51,997 bases of DNA. Origin: Chthonomonadales bacterium (lineage in GTDB: Bacteria > Armatimonadota > Chthonomonadetes > Chthonomonadales > CAJBBX01). The DNA is taken from assembly GCA_037443035.1 (NCBI GenBank), contig JBBIPC010000024.1, positions 1 through 51,997 on the forward strand, written 5' to 3'. A program made the position numbers and the translations under genes. The notes under the pieces are model-generated. The model was not told the origin of the DNA. It ran no database searches and saw only the letters and a list, made by a program, of their open reading frames with translations. Shown here piece after piece: positions 1 to 7,014 of the stretch. Position 1 is the stretch's first letter. Each line of letters starts with the position of its first letter.

Positions 1-216
1 GCGCCGATCCGTTTCAGGGTGGACGGCAACGAGATGCACCTGGCCATCCCTCGCAGGGTCCTCGGTCTTCGCACGGGAAACTCTCCGGTAAGGCTAGATT
101 TCCAGTGGATAGATAACGCCCAGAAGCCCGGTGATGTCCTCGATACCTACATCAGCGGCGATGCTGCACCTTCCGGGCGTTTTCGTTACCGCTACGTGGC
201 CGACCAGCGACGTTGA
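1..216 (+). CDS. C-terminal fragment of a hypothetical protein (5'-truncated by the window edge), probably carbohydrate-active
   Basis: The frame is open from base 1 to TGA at 216. The tail 'DFQWIDN...GD..D.YISGDAAPSGRFRYRY' resembles conserved C-termini of uncharacterised secreted glycoside-hydrolase-like proteins (recalled, not searched). Confidence 0.6.
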   Translation, partial: APIRFRVDGNEMHLAIPRRVLGLRTGNSPVRLDFQWIDNAQKPGDVLDTYISGDAAPSGRFRYRYVADQRR

Positions 217-307
217 AAGGGACACGCCGACCCCGCGACGTGCGTGGTAGGGGGCGGGTCGCCACGGTTCGAGATACCGCCTTCAGGCTCGGTGGGTGCT
301 GCCTCCG

Positions 308-1375
308 ATGACATCACGCGAACGGGTGAAGGCCGCGCTGATCCATCGAGAACCGGACAGGACGCCTGTCTTCGAGTACGTGCTCCTCCCCCCAATCGCT
401 GATAGGGTGCTTGGCCATCCCAGCGCCACAGACCCGGAACGCTGGCCGACCATCGTCGAGGAGTATGGGTGGGAAGGCGCAGTCCGGCGCATGGCGGCCG
501 ATTATGTCGGCATCGCCGAGCGCCTGGGTCATGATCTGATCTACGCGGTCCCGAATCCCGTGCCGCCAACGTCGAAGCCTGCACCCATGCCTGCCGCACC
601 GGTACCCACCGACCCGGTGGAGCGGCTCCAGCGGCGTAATGCCCAGGCCGCTTCCTCCGGCCCTGGCCCTGCCGACGAGAGCCTCGTCATCTACTCTTTC
701 ATGCGCGAGGAGATGGCCAGGCGCGGCATGGACTTACCGCTTGTGGCGCCGGCCTACGCCCATGGGGTGTGGACCGACACGGACCTTATGCAGACCATGG
801 CGTTGGCACCGGAAGTCGCGCGGGAGCACTTCGCCCTGGCTACGCGCCGTTCGCTTGCCGCGGTGGAGAAGTACCTTGCGCTCGGTATAGAGATCATCGG
901 CGTGGGAGGGGACTTCGCTGGCAATCGGCCCATCCTGTCGCCAGGCATGTATCGGGATTTCATCATGCCCGAAGTGCGCACCGTCGCCCGTCGCATCAGG
1001 GAGGGTGGTGCGTGGTCCGTGAACGCCAGTGACGGCAATCTGTGGCCGGTGATCGATGACTTTCTGCTCGGGTGCGAGGTGGACGGCTACTTGGAGATAG
1101 ATTGGGGTGCCGGTATGGACCTGCGCAGGCTGAAGGACGCCTACGGCTCGCGCATCACATTCTTCGGCAGTCTGGATTGCGGGAGTGTACTGAGCTTCGG
1201 CACGCCGGAGGACGTCCGCGAGCACACCCTCGCATGCATCCAGGCGGGCTGGGGGTCAGGCGGGCACGTTCTCTGCGCCAGCAATGCCATCACCGCCAGC
1301 GTCCCCTGGGCCAACTACCTGGCCGCTGTCAACGCCTATCGGGATCGCTTCGGATTGGCCCGCTACACCCTCTGA
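308..1375 (+). CDS. Uroporphyrinogen decarboxylase (URO-D/MtaA/CmuA) family protein
   Basis: Family-typical N-terminus MTSRERV..AL.H.EPDRTP, plus 'GDFAG..P.LSP.MYRDFIMP', 'SDGNLWPVIDD', 'LK..YG.RITFFGSLD', 'GTPEDV' and 'GGHVL..SN'. Start placed at ATG 308. Confidence 0.85.
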   Translation: MTSRERVKAALIHREPDRTPVFEYVLLPPIADRVLGHPSATDPERWPTIVEEYGWEGAVRRMAADYVGIAERLGHDLIYAVPNPVPPTSKPAPMPAAPVPTDPVERLQRRNAQAASSGPGPADESLVIYSFMREEMARRGMDLPLVAPAYAHGVWTDTDLMQTMALAPEVAREHFALATRRSLAAVEKYLALGIEIIGVGGDFAGNRPILSPGMYRDFIMPEVRTVARRIREGGAWSVNASDGNLWPVIDDFLLGCEVDGYLEIDWGAGMDLRRLKDAYGSRITFFGSLDCGSVLSFGTPEDVREHTLACIQAGWGSGGHVLCASNAITASVPWANYLAAVNAYRDRFGLARYTL

Positions 1376-1528
1376 AGCCATGGATCCTGCCGTCGCGGTT
1401 CTTCGGCTGGTCATTGATCCAGAGCTTGTTCGCGGTGGGTTCTGTGGAATACGGGACGGGGATGTCCTTACCGCGGAGTCAGCAGCACTATTCGGTAACG
1501 CGTCTGTCGATCTGCAGGGACGAGTGCG

Positions 1529-2647
1529 CTACTTGTGGACGTGGACTCCCAGTTCGTGGGGCGATTTCGTGCTGACGCCGAAAACGAAAACCTGGCCTTC
1601 GTGGAACTGCTCTACCATATCGAAGTTCTCGAAGGCGGTTCCGCCAGGGATGGGGTTATGGGTGGCCCAGTATACGCTCCGGCCATTCACACGCACACGC
1701 AGATCCGGCTTGGCGGTGCCCCTGGGTTTCCTCCAATACTGGGTGAAGGTCCTGTCACCTCTGTATCGCCACCAAGGGCCTCTCGGGTCGGCGGGGACCT
1801 TCCATGGTGCCTCTTCGTCGGACGTTGCACAGACGAGCACGTCTCCCGTACGGGTCCGAGGCAGGCGCGATAGGGGGAAGAACGCCTCCAGCGTGAACTC
1901 GTTTCCGGCGAAGCCCGGCCAGAGGGCTTCCGGTGTGACTACGCCGTCGGAGAGCCACAAGCGGCGGAGCCGAGCGTAATTTCCCATGGTCGCTGTGAGC
2001 ACGCAGTATTCCATGGGAGCACTGCCAGGAGCGGATCGGACGGTGAACCGGACCTCCTCCGGCTTGCTGGAGGCGATCTGGAACTCCACGATGGGTTGCG
2101 CACCGTTGGCGAACTTCTCGACGTGAACCGTGACTGTCAGACGTTCCACTCCGCCGGATCGCGTCAGTGTGCCCGGTTGCGGCTTCTCTTGCGGGCTGTC
2201 CGGCGACCCGGTCCAGAACAGCTTGCCGGGGCGATCATCGGTGCTGCTCTTCTCCAGCTCGCTGAAGCCCCGGTAGCCCCCAACGATGGGCTCGACGGCC
2301 ACGAAGTTGATGAGACCGTGCTTCGTGCCACCTTCGAGCATGGGGACTCCGATGCGGAAGAGACCTCTAGGCCCGCCGTTGCCAGGTCCTTCCACCGATG
2401 CTGGCCACAGAGCCACCTGGATCCCGGATCGTAGCCCCCAGATCGGCCTATCCGTGTCGAGTCCGCCACGTATCCATCGTGAGCTCATCCGACCTCCTCC
2501 TGGCCTTACCCGTGCGTTTCTGCCGCTTCCTTGAACCACAGACGCCGCTGCCAGGGCGACGGTTGCAGATGTTAGGATAGATAGCCCTATCCACGTGCGC
2601 GTAGACCGTGCGGGTCTGGAGGGAGACGTCGCTGTGGAGTGGTGCAT
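1529..2647 (-). CDS. Conserved hypothetical exported protein
   Basis: ATG 2647 follows the RBS-like GAGGA that overlaps the upstream stop. An N-terminal hydrophobic stretch (WIGLSILTSATVALAAA) precedes a Trp/Gly-rich soluble domain. Confidence 0.7.
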   Translation of the reverse strand: MHHSTATSPSRPARSTRTWIGLSILTSATVALAAASVVQGSGRNARVRPGGGRMSSRWIRGGLDTDRPIWGLRSGIQVALWPASVEGPGNGGPRGLFRIGVPMLEGGTKHGLINFVAVEPIVGGYRGFSELEKSSTDDRPGKLFWTGSPDSPQEKPQPGTLTRSGGVERLTVTVHVEKFANGAQPIVEFQIASSKPEEVRFTVRSAPGSAPMEYCVLTATMGNYARLRRLWLSDGVVTPEALWPGFAGNEFTLEAFFPLSRLPRTRTGDVLVCATSDEEAPWKVPADPRGPWWRYRGDRTFTQYWRKPRGTAKPDLRVRVNGRSVYWATHNPIPGGTAFENFDMVEQFHEGQVFVFGVSTKSPHELGVHVHK

Positions 2648-2655
2648 GGTGTTCC

Positions 2656-4620
2656 TCAGTTTGGCAGAAACTGTGGCGCGGTTACGCCGGTGATCATGCC
2701 CCATACGGCTGCGCAGCCTCCGAAGACTCCCTCACCGAACAGCAGACCCAGGAAAAAGGGAAGGGCGGTGCGGTAGCTGCGCAGACCGCCAACCCGCAAG
2801 ACGAGGCTCTTGGCAAGCCAGCCCAGGAATACCGAGAACCAGATTCGGTTCATGGCGTACGTCGAGGCCATGACAAGGCCGATCGGGCCAAAGGGCCACC
2901 AGAGGAAACTCGAGCGCATATAGAGGAGCCAGGCGGAAACCGCAGCACCCAGTCCCATGGCTTTCAGATCGCCGGGATTCGGTGACAGCGGTGCTTCCAC
3001 ATACTGCAGAGCCCGGTCCAGCGACCACGAAGGTGCCATGGCTGGCCCGTACTGATCCAGGGTAACGGCGCCGAAGCGATAGTTCACCCAGATCGAAGAG
3101 AAGAAGGACACAACGAAACCGATGAGGATGGCGGCCGCGATACCGGTGGTGAAGGAGCGCGGATGCATGCGGCTCTCGTTACTGAGAGCGTAGGCGTTGG
3201 AGATGGCGGGCATGATATGTTCTCGAGGGTCGTGCATGAACACGACCTCTGTGATGAGAGTTGCGCCAGCCGACGATGGCGTGTAGTAGCCGGTCCCCCA
3301 GAACGCCATCATGTCTGTGGGTATGAAGGGCGTCTGGACGAAGAGCAGACCCGACTCGGCCACGATGCGGGTCAGCACCAGCATGATCAGGATGAAGAGA
3401 ACCAGCACCGCACCCGCGAGCAGCCACGGCATGCCCACGATCCGCATCCAGACAAGGAAGCCCGCGCCACCGACGATGGTAAGGAGCAACGCACCCCGAG
3501 GTGGAAGGGGTTCCTCTTCCTCCTGGGGCGACTCCCTGCGGCGAAGGAGCCTGCCCAGGTCCTGCCAGTGGGGCCGCGCGATCCAGATGAGCCACGGAGC
3601 CCAGACTAGGACCGCGCCAACTCCCATGGCACCCTCGTGGTTCAGAGGGCCGATGACGAGGGCATCGTAGCCCATGGAGACCCGAACTACACGCACGAGG
3701 TGCAGCAAGACGAAGGTTGTCCACAGGGTAAGGGAGACATCGGTGGGAATGAGGAACACTGCCCCGACAACGGCGAAAAACACCTCCAGCACAGGCAGTC
3801 CCAGGGCGTTCCATGGCGGCGTCTGCTGGACCGCGCTCAGATCGAAGCGGTTCACCAGGTCCGGCACGCTGGGAACGAAGTGGTGCGCTGTACTGATGAG
3901 GTGGAGCAGAATCACCACCGAGCAGCCGGCCCAGAAGGCGCCCTGTCGTACGAGGGACGGCCCCCTTCCCGATCCACCTACAATGGCGATGGGCAATCGA
4001 GCGAGCGGGAACGTCAGCCTCTCACGCCGTACCCACTGACCTCGGAAGAGTGCGCAAAGTCCCAACGACAGCGCAACGGTACAGGCGAATGCGACGCCCC
4101 ATCCCAGGGTCACACGTATCCAGGGTGTCCATGGGATCTTTGCGCCCACCGGGACGCCGTGATAGAACCATTGAGCAAGAGGACTCTGGGGATCCCTGGT
4201 CAGGAGGAGCCAGCCGGGAGCATCACGGAATAGATCGAGCCAGCGCCTTCCTGCTCCAGCGAAGTACGCTGGCGCGACCACCATGGGAGCGAGATAGCGC
4301 CAAAGACCTGAGGAAGCGAGACCGGCTCCGCACATGAGCATGACCCAGATAAGCAGGAGCTCGCCTTTGCTCAGGACAGGCCGACCGCGGCGTGTGGCAA
4401 GCCAGGGATTGACCGCCATGGCCAGGAGCGAGAAGAGGCATAGCCCGCCGATGGGGAGGTGGTTTCCATAGAGAAACGTGTTCTGAAGCCGTAGGTCGTT
4501 ATACGGTGTGACGGCACAGAGCACGGCCACCCCGACACCACCGATGACGATCGCACGCAGAGGATGCTCTATTTTGCGGGAGGGAGGACTGACCATACCC
4601 TTGGAAGGTGGCGCGGGCAT
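2656..4620 (-). CDS. DUF6785/DUF6784-type polytopic membrane protein (putative transporter)
   Basis: 654 aa with many hydrophobic segments. Motifs W..RERLTFPL, PWNALG, TRIVAESG, WWPFGPIG and FLGWLAKSLVLR.GG...YR are shared with the paralog at 48934. Confidence 0.8.
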   Translation of the reverse strand: MPAPPSKGMVSPPSRKIEHPLRAIVIGGVGVAVLCAVTPYNDLRLQNTFLYGNHLPIGGLCLFSLLAMAVNPWLATRRGRPVLSKGELLLIWVMLMCGAGLASSGLWRYLAPMVVAPAYFAGAGRRWLDLFRDAPGWLLLTRDPQSPLAQWFYHGVPVGAKIPWTPWIRVTLGWGVAFACTVALSLGLCALFRGQWVRRERLTFPLARLPIAIVGGSGRGPSLVRQGAFWAGCSVVILLHLISTAHHFVPSVPDLVNRFDLSAVQQTPPWNALGLPVLEVFFAVVGAVFLIPTDVSLTLWTTFVLLHLVRVVRVSMGYDALVIGPLNHEGAMGVGAVLVWAPWLIWIARPHWQDLGRLLRRRESPQEEEEPLPPRGALLLTIVGGAGFLVWMRIVGMPWLLAGAVLVLFILIMLVLTRIVAESGLLFVQTPFIPTDMMAFWGTGYYTPSSAGATLITEVVFMHDPREHIMPAISNAYALSNESRMHPRSFTTGIAAAILIGFVVSFFSSIWVNYRFGAVTLDQYGPAMAPSWSLDRALQYVEAPLSPNPGDLKAMGLGAAVSAWLLYMRSSFLWWPFGPIGLVMASTYAMNRIWFSVFLGWLAKSLVLRVGGLRSYRTALPFFLGLLFGEGVFGGCAAVWGMITGVTAPQFLPN

Positions 4621-4641
4621 GCAGAAGGGATACCACAGAGA

Positions 4642-4691
4642 GGCCGTCCGCCGTCGTGCGTTCCTTCCACAACGCCTTGCGGCGGACGGCC
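4642..4691. terminator. Intercistronic hairpin (terminator, attenuator or mRNA-stabilising stem)
   Basis: Perfect 12-bp inverted repeat GGCCGTCCGCCG (4642-4653) / CGGCGGACGGCC (4680-4691), with an inner GCGTT/AACGC pair. It lies just after the stop of the 4697-4894 gene and has no strong U tract. Confidence 0.5.
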
Positions 4692-4696
4692 GTCAA

Positions 4697-4894
4697 TCAG
4701 CGCCGCGGAGGGGCGCTCGTCCGACGGGCTCCACCACCGTAGCTCTGGATGATCTTGGCGCGTAGCTCTGGCGACATGGAGGCCGACGTGTCCACGCGCT
4801 TGCCGACCAGACCCCGGTACACGAAGTAGCCAGCAACGATCACGACAACAGCAAGCACGACGACGACCACTGCCGGATGAAGCTGTGTTTTCAT
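4697..4894 (-). CDS. Small single-pass membrane protein (65 aa) following the DUF1559 gene
   Basis: MKTQLHPAVVVVVLAVVVIVAGYFVY forms one TM helix followed by a short polar tail. It is co-directional and starts 30 bp after the DUF1559 stop. Confidence 0.7.
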   Translation of the reverse strand: MKTQLHPAVVVVVLAVVVIVAGYFVYRGLVGKRVDTSASMSPELRAKIIQSYGGGARRTSAPPRR

Positions 4895-4924
4895 CGGTAC
4901 GCTATCCCGCTTCCGCGAGCTGCG

Positions 4925-5752
4925 CTACTGACGACACTGTGGGAGGGGATCCACGGCTGCATCATCCTGGACGGTCCACTCGTTGGGACAGGACTGGAAG
5001 ATGCGCCTGGACTTGACATGGCCATCGCAGTAGCCCACGTTGATCTGGCCGTTGAAGGCACCGATGACGTTGGGATCTGTGGAATCCCATGAGAAGTAGC
5101 CCACCGGCGTGAATCCGCACGGAAGTGCGCCTCCAACGAGAATGTCATGGTCAGAAGCAGCCCACAAGTCGGGGAACTTGGCGTTCGTTAGCAGGTTGGT
5201 GGTTGCTGGCAGCACGATGGCCGCGAGCCGCGTCACCTTCCACGGAGGACTTGCGGGTCCGCCATGGCCGAATCCGTTGGAGCCGTCTGCCCAGCCCTGA
5301 AGGATTCCACCGCAGGTGTTTTGCCAGGCCCAATCGTCGGTGTTGTTGATACCATAGGACACGTCCATGTAGTAGCCCGTTCCTGTGTACGTCGTGATGA
5401 TCGGGGTCATCAGCGCCCAAGCCCAGTCCGGAAAGTCGGTGTTGGTCCACCGAAAGGCATACTGCGGTGACTTGTAGAGCTGAGAGTTCTTGATGTAGGG
5501 ATAGATGGAGTACTGCCACGTGTAGTATCGCACGTCAGCCTCGTACATCCCTGCCGAGCACATGACCTCGTCGTAATCCTCGACGTACATGAGGATGGCG
5601 AGGGCCATCTGCTTCTGGTTGCTCAAGTCCGACGCTTGACGCGCCTTCGTGCGCGCCTGCGCGAAGACGGGGAACAGGATCGCTGCCAGGATCGCAATGA
5701 TAGCGATCACTACCAGCAGTTCGATGAGGGTGAAACCTCTGCGCTGTGTCAC
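4925..5752 (-). CDS. Prepilin-type N-terminal cleavage/methylation protein, DUF1559 (SBP_bac_10) family with H-X9-DG-like tail
   Basis: Class III signal [31 protein letters not shown] and C-terminal '[15 protein letters not shown]'. GTG start with the RBS AAGGAGG. Confidence 0.92.
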   Translation of the reverse strand: MTQRRGFTLIELLVVIAIIAILAAILFPVFAQARTKARQASDLSNQKQMALAILMYVEDYDEVMCSAGMYEADVRYYTWQYSIYPYIKNSQLYKSPQYAFRWTNTDFPDWAWALMTPIITTYTGTGYYMDVSYGINNTDDWAWQNTCGGILQGWADGSNGFGHGGPASPPWKVTRLAAIVLPATTNLLTNAKFPDLWAASDHDILVGGALPCGFTPVGYFSWDSTDPNVIGAFNGQINVGYCDGHVKSRRIFQSCPNEWTVQDDAAVDPLPQCRQ

Positions 5753-5788
5753 GGTGTTCCTCCTTTGCTTAGGACACGTCGCGTAGTC

Positions 5789-6802
5789 TCAGGTCTCGGT
5801 GCGACGCAGATGCGCGCCACACGAGCGGCGGACGACGAAGCCGGTGGGCAGGATGATGGTCTCTGAACGGTGTGCGGCACCGGCGAGAGTGCGCAATGCC
5901 AGGTCGCCGAGAACCTGGCCGAGCTCCAGCTTGGGCTGGCAGACAGTCGTAAGGGGCACCGCGACATGGGCCGAGCACTCTGTGTTGCCGAACCCGACAA
6001 TGGCGATGTCCTCGGGTACACGAAGACCCCTGTCCAGAGTGGCCCGAAGGGCGCCGATGGCTGAGGGGTCGTGGGAGACGAAGACGGCCTCGACGGAACC
6101 ATCGTCGAGGAGCGAGGTCATGCCCTTGTAGCCGTTCTCCTCGCCGAAACCGGCCTCCCGGATGAGCGGCTCCGCCCCGTGTTCCCGCATGGCCTCCACG
6201 TATCCTTGCACACGAGCTCGTGCTGGCGAGAATCGCATGTCGCCAGCCAGATGGGCCACCGCGCGGTAGCCTAGGGACAGGAGATGCTCCGTTGCACGCC
6301 TTGCGCCTCCAATGTCGTCGGCGTAGACGCCTGGCGAGCGGACCGTCTCCCCATGCCGGTCGAAGAGGATGACGGGAACACCCTCTTCTCGAACCTCTTC
6401 GATGACGTCGGCGTTCCTGTCCGGATCGCACGAAGCCAGAAGCACTGCGTCCACCCGCCGTCCCACGAGAGCCCATATCTCCTCGCGCTCGAGCTCAGCT
6501 TCATCCGCGGAATGGGAGAGAAAGACCTGGAAGCCTCCCTGGCGAGCCACGCGCTCGGCGCCCATGACCATTTCGAGCCAGAAGGAATGGCGGAGATTCG
6601 GCACGATGATGCCCAGTACTCCCACACGCTTCGCAGCCAGGCTTCGCGCCGCGAGGTTCGGCCGGTAGTTCATGCGCGCGGCGTGCTCGCGGATCCGTGC
6701 GGCCGTGGCGGCGCTGACGCCCCCCACTCCACGCAAGGCACGGGAGACCGTCATGGGGGAGACGTTCAGCTCATCGGCGAGTTGCTTCAGTGTGCGTCGC
6801 AT
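5789..6802 (-). CDS. LacI-family transcriptional regulator
   Basis: HTH 'TLKQLADELNVSPMTVSRAL', hinge 'YRPNLAARSL' and a sugar-binding domain with 'GLRVPEDIAIVGF..' and 'PLTTV.QP'. Confidence 0.95.
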   Translation of the reverse strand: MRRTLKQLADELNVSPMTVSRALRGVGGVSAATAARIREHAARMNYRPNLAARSLAAKRVGVLGIIVPNLRHSFWLEMVMGAERVARQGGFQVFLSHSADEAELEREEIWALVGRRVDAVLLASCDPDRNADVIEEVREEGVPVILFDRHGETVRSPGVYADDIGGARRATEHLLSLGYRAVAHLAGDMRFSPARARVQGYVEAMREHGAEPLIREAGFGEENGYKGMTSLLDDGSVEAVFVSHDPSAIGALRATLDRGLRVPEDIAIVGFGNTECSAHVAVPLTTVCQPKLELGQVLGDLALRTLAGAAHRSETIILPTGFVVRRSCGAHLRRTET

Positions 6803-6814
6803 GGCAAGATCCAA

Positions 6815-6830
6815 ACGTTAGCGCTAACAT
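6815..6830. promoter_or_regulatory. LacI-type operator O2 (core GTTAGCGCTAAC)
   Basis: 12-bp perfect palindrome at 6817-6828 with the central CG step typical of LacI-family operators, located at the predicted transcription start. Confidence 0.85.
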
Positions 6831-6834
6831 CTAC

Positions 6835-6863
6835 AGGATACACGTTAGCGCTAACGTTGTCAA
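6835..6863 (-). promoter_or_regulatory. Sigma70-type promoter of the lacI-DUF1559 operon
   Basis: Minus strand reads TTGACA (6863-6858), a 17-bp spacer, then TATCCT (6840-6835). Confidence 0.8.
6842..6857. promoter_or_regulatory. LacI-type operator O1 (ACGTTAGCGCTAACGT)
   Basis: Perfect 16-bp palindrome filling the -35/-10 spacer, 27 bp from the second copy. Confidence 0.88.
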
Positions 6864-7014
6864 GGCTCTGGCTGACATTTCCTGAGGTATCTACGGTTTG
6901 TGGCCGCAGAACTTATCGCGCAGGCTCGTCAGACCTTCGGGGTCTTGCGCCACGACGGTTCGTGGCTGCTGCGCCCCGCTCAAGACCACGCGCTCCCACA
7001 CGCGCGAGACGCAA

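Noticed and set aside
1284..1979. 231-aa plus-strand ORF spanning the convergent gap
   Set aside because: It overlaps both flanking genes and has no RBS or recognisable motif.
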